This document shows, piece after piece, positions 32,011 through 44,600 of a stretch of DNA of 64,000 nucleotides (positions within the stretch are counted from its first letter, which is position 1; every line of letters starts with the position of its first letter). The position numbers and the translations under genes were made by a program. This stretch comes from Veleropilina oligotropha (lineage: Eukaryota): NCBI GenBank assembly GCA_048128005.1, contig JBEUKZ010000006.1, positions 310,001-374,000 on the forward strand. Reading direction: 5' to 3'. The notes under the pieces are model-generated. The model was not told where the DNA came from. It searched no databases and saw only the letters and a list, made by a program, of their open reading frames with translations.

Positions 32011-32339
32011 ATTGATTGCACTAGTACTATTGGTCTTGGATTGAATCGATGCTTAATATATTTTCAACCAGTTTCAAAGCAGCACATGTCCATATTATCG
32101 CGGGGTCAAACACGCCCTCTGACCAGTTACGGACAACACTATTCAAAACTGGAAAAATAATGTCATGTCCCATCCAAGATTCAAACCCACTACCGGTACT
32201 GTTCCTGTCAGCGGAATAAAGCCAGTGATTTCTGAGTCTAGCTGAAACTACACAATTGTCGGAGCGGCCCAGATTGTGCTATTACTTGGAACAATGGAAG
32301 TATTGACCCTACAGTTCCATTGTCTATACATGTATATAT

Positions 32340-33782
32340 AATAATAATAATAATGGATACTTATTATATTGCACCTTTCCATGCATGAATGCTTGCTCAA
32401 AGCGCTACATCAATATTCCCTGGTTACCAGCCTGTTCTGTTCGAGATTCTATCTCAACTCTCTCTGAGAGTATTACAGCTGAGCTGTCATATATAGGCGC
32501 ATCAGATTAGTACCCACTCAGATTTCAGATCGGCTGGGTGAAACTGAGGCACATATATCCTTACCATATTTGTCCGCGTATTGGTCGACTTCGCCTATTG
32601 GTAGTCCCCCCGACTTTCGTCTTTGGAACTACAACTTTTTGCATGTCGCGGAGATAAGTCGGGGGTCGACTTTCTGATTTCAATCATCGAAATTTCAACA
32701 CCCTATTGTGTTATGTTGACAATAAATTGTTGTCATATTCACCATTATATCGTAATATTGGTTTGAATTGTTGTTCGTCTGTAAATATATTTAATAGTGG
32801 GGTATTAAATCTAATATACATTTAATTATGATTCTGGATAGCCTAATAATTATTGATTAGGCCTACTGTGGTTCAATACATCGTCATTGTCGCATTTGTG
32901 AATCCATCTTAAAATTCTTTGTTCAATAAAATATGTAGTCTAGTAGAAACCGTCCTGCGAAACGTCAGCATGCGAGGACCAGCAACCATGGCAACAGGGA
33001 AATCACTTGCATGTCAGTTTCTCTAGTTGGAAAGACAGTGATATGTTTATGTGTTTGCAAATGTGTACCCTTATCTCCCCCTGAGATGGAATGCTGCTGG
33101 ACGTCAAAAGGTCAGCTGGCCTACAAGAACGAAGGGTCAGAACGGGGTATAACATTTAATGTACACGTTGTATTAGAAGTTGGCATATGTACACAGTGCT
33201 GTTTATTACAATGGTCACCCGTTAAGGCCCCCCCCCCCCCCCTGACATCGCGATCTCAATTGACTATCTGAAATAAAGTACACACAATGCACAGGCCGAC
33301 GAGTCCAATAGAATAGCATTGGGCGCCATTGTTATTGTCGCGCGCATCTTGTGTAGACGACTTCAAACAACGCACATATTATGGTTCATTCTTATTAGGA
33401 GTCAATTGTTTATGGATAATAAATTGTTTTTGCAAAGACAATCTGGTAAGATAAAAGTTAATAAAGTTTAGGAAATGTTGTAAAAAAACAGACCGTGTTA
33501 AAATTCTAACGATAATCTTGTTTGTGTTCTCACAAGTTTTCCCACGTATTAACAAAGTTGAAAACAGTACATTTTTGCAGATTTATCGAACATTCGACAT
33601 GAAAATATTATATGTCCGGCGGATAAGACGACCCACTAACTTTGAGAATTCAAAATTTTGGAAAAAATAACGACTTATCCGCGGACAAATACAGTAATTC
33701 CTTGCCGAAGGGAATTCGCCGGGATCGGGGATTGAACCCAAACCTCCCAATGAGAGGCCAGTGCATCAACCATTAAATGCCC
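32340..33782 (-). mobile_element. CORE-type SINE split by a MITE insertion
   Basis: (taa)n tail at 32340 and core tacccact..ggctgggtgaaactgaggcac up to ~32560. It resumes at ~33697 with ccttgccgaaggg and B-box gggattgaaccc. A truncated relative lies at 39907-40122. Confidence 0.65.
32564..33694. mobile_element. pogo/Tigger-like MITE with TA flanks
   Basis: ta|ccatatttgtccgcg ... ccgcggacaaatacag|ta inverted termini with internal gataag(t/a)cg repeats; no transposase. Confidence 0.75.
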
Positions 33783-34047
33783 CAACAAACTTAAAAGTTC
33801 ACGGTTAGTACATTGTTTCTATTAATAAATGATTCAATCACTGTAATAATACATGCGACTCGAACTTCACTGGATCTAAAATAATTCCCAGATACTCTAC
33901 TTCTGTGGTTGGTCCCATAGTTTTATGAGCAGCTTATGTCCATTAAAATTCGAAGGCCATATTGAGACTTTCATATTAGTATAGGAGGAAAATTGAAATA
34001 ACTAACAACACCCACCTACTGTGAACCCTGACTAACATCATCAAACC

Positions 34048-35839
34048 TGCTGGGTCCACACCAACATATCAGCACGAGAGCATAGAGACCTTCACTGCAT
34101 CATGACATACTGGGTCCACACCAACATATCAGCACGAGAGCATCGAGACCTTCACTGCATCACGACGTGCTGGGTCCACACCAACATATCAGCACGAGAG
34201 CATCGAGACCTTCACTGCATCATGACATGCTGGGTCCACACCAACATATCAGCACGAGAGCATCAAGACCTTCACTGCATCATGACATGCTGGGTCCACA
34301 CCAACATATCAGCACGAGAGCATCAAGACCTTCACTGCATCATGACATGCTGGGTCCACACCAACATATCAGCACGAGAGCATCGAGACCTTCACTGCAT
34401 CATGACGTGCTGGGTCCACACCAACATATCAGCACGAGAGCATCGAGACCTTCACTGCATCACGATGTGCTGGGTCCACACCAACATATCAGCACGAGAG
34501 CATCAAGACCTTCACTGCATCATGACATGCTGGGTCCACACCAACATATCAGCACGAGAGCATCAAGACCTTCACTGCATCACGATGTGCTGGGTCCACA
34601 CCAACATATCAGCACGAGAGCATCAAGACCTTCACTGCATCATGACGTGCTGGGTCCACACCAACATATCAGCACGAGAGCATCAAGACCTTCACTGCAT
34701 CATGACATGCTGGGTCCACACCAACATATCAGCACGAGAGCATCAAGACCTTCACTGCATCATGACGTGCTGGGTCTACACCAACATATCAGCACGAGGG
34801 CATCAAGACCTTCACTGCATCATGACGTGCTGGGTCCACACCAACATATCAGCACGAGAGCATCAAGACCACTGCATCATGACGTGCTGGGTCCACACCA
34901 ACATATCAGCACGAGACCTTCACTGCATCATGACGTGCTGGGTCCACACCAACATATCAGCACGAGAGCATCAAGACCTTCACTGCATCATGACGTGCTG
35001 GGTCCACACCAACATAACAGCACGAGAGCATCAAGACCTTCACTGCATCACGATGTGCTGGGTCCACACCAACATATCAGCACGAGAGCATCAAGACCTT
35101 CACTGCATCACGATGTGCTGGGTCCACACCAACATATCAGCACGAGAGCATCAAGACCTTCACTGCATCATGACGTGCTGGGTCCACACCAACATATCAG
35201 CACGTGAGCATAGAGACCTTCACTGCATCATGACGTGCTGGGTCCACACCAACATATCAGCACGAGAGCATCAAGACCTTCACTGCATCATGACGTGCTG
35301 GGTCCACACCAACATATCAGCACGAGAGCATCAAGACCTTCACTGCATCATGACGTGCTGGGTCCACACCAACATAACAGCACGAGAGCATCAAGACCTT
35401 CACTGCATCACGATGTGCTGGGTCTACACCAACATATCAGCACGAGAGCATCAAGACCTTCACTGCATCATGACGTGCTGGGTCCACACCAACATATCAG
35501 CACGAGAGCATCAAGACCTTCACTGCATCATGACGTGCTGGGTCCACACCAACATATCAGCACGAGAGCATCGAGACCTTCACTGCATCATGACATGCTG
35601 GGTCCACACCAACATATCAGCACGAGAGCATCAAGACCTTCACTGCATCATGACGTGCTGGGTCCACACCAACATATCAGCACGTGAGCATAGAGACCTT
35701 CACTGCATCATGACATGCTGGGTCCACACCAACATATCAGCACGAGAGCATAGAGACCTTCACTGCATCATGACGTGCTGGGTCCACACCAACATATCAG
35801 CACGAGAGCATCAAGACCTTCACTGCATCATGACATGCT
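34048..35839. repeat. 60-bp minisatellite, ~30 copies
   Basis: Unit tgctgggtccacaccaacatatcagcacgagagcatcaagaccttcactgcatcatgac(g/a). It generates the repetitive ORFs 34102-35841 and 34167-35207. Confidence 0.98.
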
Positions 35840-36668
35840 GAGGAAATCGTGAACCTGGGAACGGCATGGGAAATGTTAGGAACTACTCCAGGGGCTGCAG
35901 GTGTGTGGTGGATCATATTCCTTCAAATGAATTCATGTTTGAAAATGACAAAGCACTACTGTAAACTATTTCATATTCAATCTTTTTAATATTTCAACTT
36001 TAAAATCAAAAATAAATATTGTACATTAAGTAACGGAACAAATTGGAAAACCTAAGACACATATGTCTATTTACACTTATTATTGAAGTTGCTTGATAGT
36101 GATGCAATCATCATGAAAGACATGGAATTTGTTATAAATATACATGAATATATATATATTAAAATTACTGTAATGAGCATCCAACAAATGGGAATATATG
36201 ATAACATTAAATGATTATGATATAAACAAAGAGAATACAGATTATTATCTACAATGTCTATTCTAAAATTAGCGACTCGATTACATGATGTAAGTAATCC
36301 ATACAATTTATAAATATGTATTGACTACATGACAACAAGATTGTCTCTATTTCATACATTGTACAAATAAGGCCTCGCCTGACACTTGCTATAAGTCATA
36401 AATGCAGTTGTAATGTAGTAAATAAAGTAACATAAATATCCTACATTATAACACGAAATACAATCAACTCAAAACTTGTGGTGTTAAAATAAATTAATTT
36501 GCAATATGCATACTTTAAGGCACTTTGACACTTAAAATGCATAAAAATAATGGGGATTTACATAAATATAGGTACATACTGTATAGAATACATAACATTT
36601 GACACAAATTGATTGTAAATGTAATAATCCCATAATTACATACAGTATGCCGACATTAAATAATATAT

Positions 36669-36904
36669 CACAATACGCACACTGACACAATATGCACACT
36701 GACACAATATGTACACTGACACAATATGCACACTAACACAATACGCACACTAATACAATACACACACTGACACAATACGCACACTGACATAATACGCACA
36801 CTGACGCAATACGCACACTGACACAATACGCACACTAATACAATATGCACACTGACACAATACGCGCACTGACACAATACGCACACTGACACAATACGAA
36901 CACA
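36669..36904. repeat. 17-bp minisatellite (continues at 38345-38405)
   Basis: acacaatacgcacactg in tandem, ~14 copies, plus ~3 more after the intervening insertion. Confidence 0.9.
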
Positions 36905-36906
36905 TA

Positions 36907-38337
36907 CATGTGATAAACCCAAAATACCATTCCAGGAGGTTGGGGTCAATATTCCAGAAGTATTTTTTTCGGAAGATTTTATCGTTGATTTCGTCATATA
37001 TTTGAAATTATTTGAATAAAAAGGCATTCATAGAAATGAAATATTATTTTATTCATACAATCAAAACAATACCAATAAATATTATAATTAAATATATATA
37101 TATTAAACACCATAAAATAATTATATAATACAACCTTAAATATTTACAATTCTTATAGCATATATCTTCAGTAAAGTACAACATGGGAGGGAGGAATGAT
37201 GCTTGATGTCCTGTATATTTACAACATCGAGGTTCAAGGCAGGACATGTCCGTGTTATCGCGGGAGGAAACCCCAGTCGCCCGGGTCAACCCACCATCTT
37301 CGGCCAGTCGCGGACAACTTTGATTCATAACTTGAACAAATTTCAATGCCTAAGCCAGGTATTGAACCCACTACTGTTCGCATTAGCGGAATCAAGCCAG
37401 TGAATTTAGAGTGGACACTCTACCCACTGCGCTGCCGAAGCGGCCGGGTACAACATACACAGCCTTAATTACTTGATCAGCATAGTAACATATGTTGTCA
37501 TAACAAAATTAAACCTAAAAAAGACGGTTATCATTAATCATCTTATATTTTTAAAAGTTCTTGCGGACGATCCAGATTACCTTTGCGGTTAGGCCTAATA
37601 GCTATGTACTTTGCCGATAAACGCAAACTTGTATTAAATCACTCGAGGTCAGAGCATGTCAGTTGCGCTAATCCCTATTATTTGGCAACTCTACTGAAAC
37701 TCTTGATGAGTAATTAAACAATAGACGTATTCATAGCATTTATTCCCAATTAATTTGCTTTCTTAGCTCTATTGACATCTAATTCTTTGTGAACTACGGG
37801 CCTACATCAAATAGATCACAAAGTTGATTCGAAAATTATCTTCGTATTAAATAGTACAAATTTAAATACCCGGTGCGAGATTATTTTGTAACGCAATATA
37901 AAGAGATATGAAAGTTGGAAAACACTCGTATATTTATGTAAGTAGCTCCCGAAATTACTGCGCGACAAATTGCTATAAACACAAAAGCACGCTTCAATGT
38001 TTCAACAAAAGAATGCTGAGTGCTTGTGGTAAACGAAGTATCAAACGAATATTTTGACAATAATCTTCATGCTCTATCGCATTCTATCTACACAATTTAT
38101 GTAGAGGTATATTGTTACAGCATCTACTGTATTTGACGACTTATTAAACGAGTTCCGTTTACCAACTCCAAAACTATTGCGGATAAGAAATAACATTGCG
38201 AAAATAGCTTTGAGGGAGAAATCAAGATATTCCGGTAGGAATTTGTTATTTAGGGAGATATCTGTCATTTCGGGAGTAGGCCATTTTGGGGGTGCCGATT
38301 TCGGGAGAATTATACTCCCGGCGGGAGGTATCACATG
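36907..38337. mobile_element. Probable non-autonomous TIR element inserted in the 17-bp array
   Basis: ta|catgtgata ... tatcacatg|ta inverted ends, with the same minisatellite on both sides. Confidence 0.55.
37185..37447 (-). mobile_element. Young V-SINE-like copy with target-site duplication
   Basis: Flanked by the direct repeat gtacaacat (37176-37184, 37448-37456); near-identical to 9779-10037. Confidence 0.85.
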
Positions 38338-38699
38338 TATGCATACACTGACACAATACGCACACCGACACAATACGCACAATGACACAATACGCACAAT
38401 GACAAGATGCGGCTGCAAAACATTAAAATAATTACAACACGGTTGTATAAGGTGGGCACCGTGACACTGGCATTTGTTCGAGACCGGACGTATGGACTAT
38501 CAGAGTGAATGCTACAGAGATTTTGAACCTCAGTGAAATAACATTGGCATGGTATTACACAAATGGGATACCTTACCCTTATAAACAGTTTATCATTGTA
38601 TTCACAAAAACTGCCATATTGCAAGTGTTAAAATATATATTAGAAATATCAATTAAAAAACTAACATAAAATGATTGAGGCTAACTGTGAAGATTTGTG

Positions 38700-41600
38700 T
38701 CAATGCTTCCTCTGCTGCAGCCATTTTTCGCATATATTCTTGACGGACGTCTGCCCCATGCGCTGGGATGCTCCGGCAATGCGCTGCACGTCCTCGATCC
38801 GGTCGCCCTTGACGGCCAATAAATATGCAGACTTCAGTTTGCCGCACAAGATGTTTGCATTAATCTACAAAAAATGGAACGAATGTCAGAATATATTTGA
38901 AAACAAAACGCAAATCCTCGACTCTGCAAGTCGATATGTATCTCCTCCTCCCACGACAGCCAATCTTAAATCTGAAAACTAATCTCGTTATGGACCATTT
39001 CCTCATCATTACTAATATGTGCATTGCATATCTAATTGGAATCAAATCAGATAAGAACTGTACACTGTAGTGTGCAGAAAAAAAATGGCTGCCAGGGCGA
39101 CCATATTGTTAGGCAGCGTATCCTCATCATTACTAACATACATACAAAATTTGAATAAAATCGGATGAGAACTTTTCAATGTAGAGCGTACTATGACAGC
39201 ATATTTCCATTTTGGTCATGACGCTTTGTTCACCTTATATGTAGCGATTATAACAAATCTGTTGAATTGGGCTATTCTTATTGGAGATAAATCAGTGGTG
39301 TCATTTTGTATCAGTCAGATATAAGACAGTTCGCATAAAATCAATAAAATAATTATTGTAGGTCATTTTGAGCTATGAAGCTCACCTTATTCGAATCTTT
39401 TCTCAACAACTTGATGAGAAATTCAGCTTCTTTTGCCTGAAAAAATTCAATTTTAATCAACAAACAATAATAATAATATTGAACAATTCTGGAAAAGTGT
39501 GACTTTTGTTATATAAAACGCATAATGGAAATGTATTTAACCAAGATGCCACAGTAAAACACACTGCAGTAAATGAACTTGAATAAAACAAATGCAACTG
39601 CGAAAACGACTTTCTGTTGTCACTTATTGTGCAGTTGCTACATTCCAGCTTCTCTTGTTTACCTAAATTACATTGGTCACTAACTGTCTCCATTAATTAT
39701 AAAAGAAAATTTCGAAAATGAGGGTGTCATGACCACATTAACTTTAAAAAATAACTTTTAGTTTGTATGCATTGCCCCATTTTCATACTGTTTGAAACTA
39801 AATACTTTAAGTACAACAAAGGCTCTTTATGTATATAATTATATGAGTGTATTCAGTATCTTGGCGATGCGATTATACATGGTGAAGATTGTGGGAGAAG
39901 CAATTGATAATAATAATAATAATACTCCGGTCTTATATAGCGCATTATTACGCTAGTGTCTCAATGCGCTGAACATTATTACCCCTGGTTATGGGCCTTT
40001 TCCACTCGATATGCCATCTCAACTCCCTCTGGGAGCATTACAGTCATTTACACGCGGGTAGCGCCGTGACTTACATAACTGCCAACCAGGTACCCATTCA
40101 TATCGGCTGGGTGGACCGAGTAACATAATGACATTGTATTAGCTATGCACACCTCTGTCGGTTTGTCTGACACCACAACGATGCATGCTCCGACGACTTC
40201 GTCCACGGTGTCGTCGTCTCCGTATCCCGCGGGTCGCATGCACTCCAGCAGCGTCGGGATGAGAGCATACTGCTGGTTCTTCGACAACTCTCGAGCGCTG
40301 TGCGTGAAGATGGCGACAGCACCCAGACGGTACTCCTGTAACATATGGAGGGATAATTTAATATTGGTTCAGTTTATTTTGTATCGATGTCTAAAGTTCT
40401 GTTTTTAACAACCTGAAGGTTCATACCAGGTCATGATCACCACTAATTCACAAACATACTAAAGGAAACCGCGGCAGTTAATTAAAATCATCCATGTAGA
40501 ACAAAAAATCGTTATAAATATAGATAGAACTGCACAACGTGAACAGATAGAAGAGAAAACTGCTAGACCATCGAAAGACCGATGCCTCCAGAACAATCTT
40601 TGATAATATTCGGCTATATAATATATGATACAATGCCCGTGATCAGTAAATCATCTTAACTGATTCATCAAGATACTGTATTATAAAATGTACTTTAACA
40701 ACATTCAATTTCATACAGGAAATGTTCCTCATATCACGGGAGGAAAGCCTGGTCGCCCAGGATAACTCTCCCTTACCAGACAGTTATGGACAACTGCGAC
40801 TATTAAGGAATCGAATCCACTCCTGATAGACAAAGCAGTGAAGCCAGTCGTCACATTTATTCACTTGGCTACCAGCGCGGCATCATAATAATTTTTCATA
40901 TGAATAGTGGGCTAGCACTTGCAGAATAATATAGATTTGTTTTTTAAAAGTTTTCAGTTATCTTCCATTTTAACAAACATTAGAGCTAAAATAACACCAT
41001 GAACATAGTAATAAAAAAATGCATATCTGTTGTGGAAGAATTCAATTTTTGATGACAGCTGTTCAAATGAACTTACCTTGATTATCTTAAAGGACAATGA
41101 GAAACCAGCCTTCAGATCCTTTCCCGTTAATAATATCTGAAACAACGAAATATTTCTTGCAAACAAATACTTGCGTATATTATATTATATTTAAGCTTAA
41201 TGTCCTGTATATTTCCAACCATCATTTGGTTCAAACCAGGACATGTCCGTATTATCGAGGGAGAAAAGCCAGGTTGCCAGGGTAAACCCACCCTCTTCGA
41301 CCAGTCACGGACAACTGTGCTTCAAAACTTGAACAAATGTGTGATGCCTCAGCTGGGGGTCGAACCCACTACTGTTCACATCAGCGGAAACAAGTCAATG
41401 ATTTTTGATCCACAACCGTACCACTATACTGTCGAAGCAGCCTTTTTTTATTTTTATGATGGCATCACTCTGTAGGATATATCATATTTATGAGAAGGCA
41501 ACTTTATAGTCAGGTACAATGGATTGAACCATTTATCTAAAACAATTATAATCATACATTACATTTAGCACAGTCTGCATTTGACAATTGGTTAATTGTT

Positions 41601-44600
41601 ATTTACGGTATCAGATCGAAAACTATAATCAAATTTGCATAAGTTGTGAACATCTGCAATAAAATTTCACTAGCACACCACTCGTTGTGCATTCTTAAAA
41701 GGTATATGTGCCATACCGAGTTGGTACTACAAAAATAATAAATATCATGTTGATTGACATCGGATGTGTCAAAATTAACTGGATATCTAAACAAACTTGC
41801 TATGACCAACTATAACTTTGGTGCGCTACTGTTATCGCCAGTTAAAATACTTACCAATGCTGCCAAATCAGACCGCACCTTGGCGTTACCAAACACGGTC
41901 AGCAGCGATTTCTTTCTCGGAGAATTTTCGTAGACTCCCAGATCAGAAGACGCTCCACCATCCGACGTCGAAATGCACTTCTCGAAGAATTTGGTTATAT
42001 CGATTTGCAATGCAATGGAAGACATATTTCTATAAGAAATGTAATAAACTAGAAAAGTATGTTCCTCGGAACATGGATGATGCCCCGGTATGGATACAAA
42101 TCTTCACACACAAATCATCATATGCACATGCAATCTCACGCACTTAATACTTCGACACAAATGAGCTAGTATATTTTGTCACTTGAAATTTGGTGTCATA
42201 GACATACATGATGTTAATATGTGAAACGTATCACAGTTTGAACATAAATAATCATTCTGTACTGAAATAAATATAAAGAAGATTAGTTGCAAATTTTTTA
42301 GTTTTATCTATGTCATACTATTACTATCCATCAATTAAATGTAAGAAAACCTTCAACTAAAAACTTTAACAGAATCTCTTTTTTCCTAAAAAATTCTATG
42401 TTCAAATACATCATTTTACAATATAAATTAAAATATATTTTTTGAAATTTGTTTCTTGAATGAAGGATTATGATGTGTATTATCCATATGAAAAGGTTTG
42501 GTACTGATAACCCTCCAATAAATGTAAGAAAAACTTTAACCAAAAACTTGAACCGAATCCCTTTTTTCATGAAAAAGTCTATGTTCAAATGCATCATTTT
42601 ACAATATAAATTAAAATTATTTTTATTAAATTTGGATCTTAAATGAATGATTATGATATGTATTATCCATATGAAACGGTTTGGTATTGATATCCATCCA
42701 TTAAATGTAAGAAAACCTTCAACTAAAAACTTTAACCGAATCTCATTTTTCCTAAAAAAATTCTATGTTCAAATACGTCATTTTACAAAATAAAATAAAA
42801 TATTTTTTTTTAAATATGGGTCTTACATGAAGGATAATGATGTGTATTATGCATATGAAAAGGTTTGGTATTGATATCTTTCAAATAAATGTAAGAAAAA
42901 CTTTAACCAAAAACTTTAACCGAATCCCTTTTTTCATGAAAAAGTCTATGTCCAAATGCGTCATTTTACACTATAAATTAAAATTATTTTTATTAAATTC
43001 GGGTCTTAAATGAAGGATTATGATATGTATTATCCATATGAAAAGGTTTGGTATTGATATTCCTCCAATAAATATAAGAAAAACTTTAACCAAAAACTTT
43101 AACCAAATCTGCGGACGTACGTACGTCCGTACGTACGAATGTACGGATGTACGTACGGACGTACAGACGCAGTGAAAGCAATATGCCCTTCGGGACTACC
43201 GTCCCGGGGCATAATAATGACAAAAATGTCTGGGGAACCAACTATGTCATTATATCAAATCCTCTGTACTGGAATATATACTTAAATAACATGTTGATTC
43301 TTTTGCTGTGAATGGTAAAAGTAAACGTCATTGATCTGACAGTCAGGATAAAATAATTTCAGTGTTGCGGATTGTATTTAAGACAGTTGGTGGTTTGCAG
43401 ATTTTATAGTACAATATAAACATTGCAAAACAACAAAATTTGTCTTTTGTTATTACTGCTAAACTCAACCATATGACAGATGAATACATACAATTATTTT
43501 TGTGATGTAAATTGCATCCATAATATACTGAAGTTGATCTGCAGATTACATTTGTATTTTATGTGTGACAAATGTAACAAAACCCTTATTATTATTTATA
43601 CATAACAATAACTTTACTATTGAGATTAATCTGGAGGTCGCCCTGACGGCACGCTGGCCATGGTAAGAGGGTAGCAGGTGAACATCCTTGGGACCCATCA
43701 GTATGACGTCCATAACGTGCTGTCCTGGCAGGATGGCTTTACATTCTGAGCTTTCTCGCACGATAATATTCACATTGTTATAAACAAGACACATAGGTCA
43801 GGTAAATTAATAATTGAAAAACGTTTGACAATTCAGCCATTGTGAGAATATTAACAGAATGAAACGAACGAATAATTTATGAATTTTATTAAGCAAAACA
43901 AGTTAATGTAAGGAACACGAGATTATTAATAAAATATTATTAAGATAATCTGGGGTAACAGAGACTATTGCCTCTCCACAACAAATAAGAAACACAACTT
44001 AGAATGATTGGAAATGATACAAACAACCATAAAAATAGTGCTTCACAGCTCACTTGCTGACTTCCTCTGCAGACAAAACGAGTCTGAACGAATTCTCTGT
44101 TGTGTTATCCCAGCCCTGTCGGGAGGGATTGCTGAGTGGGCGTCGAATGCTCCCCCATTTGGATGGATCCACATACGACTGTAGATGAGATTGGGCGTTG
44201 TAGAGATGAATGGTCCTCTTAGCGAGATCCAAGTAGGACAGAGCTCCACGCTGGTAGAAATGGGATATGCATGTCATGGCCGATCGGATGTAGTCCTGAC
44301 AGAAAACAAATCATATATTTTAGCCGCTGCTGCATTAACATGGCAGTACAACAGATAATGCATTTATGGTAAACCCAATGCATGCTATAGCAGGAAAACA
44401 AGTAATGCATTAATGGAAAATCCAATGCATGCTATAGCTTGAATGCCTGATTGGCATAAAACAATAATGATACACTGTAACAGATGGCCTATGATAACAT
44501 AAGAGTGAACTACATGCTTTATATTGCTCTAAATATGTTTCACTCAACTAAAATGAGGTTTTTAAGTAAACCTAATATTAGTTAAAACATACTTACGTCC

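Noticed and set aside
36668..37027. Cys-rich 119-aa ORF (metallothionein-like)
   Set aside because: It is the translation of the 17-bp CA-rich minisatellite.
43675..43705. Hammerhead-like ctgatgggtcccaaggatg on the minus strand
   Set aside because: The core is CUGAUGG rather than CUGAUGA, and the required GAAA is absent.
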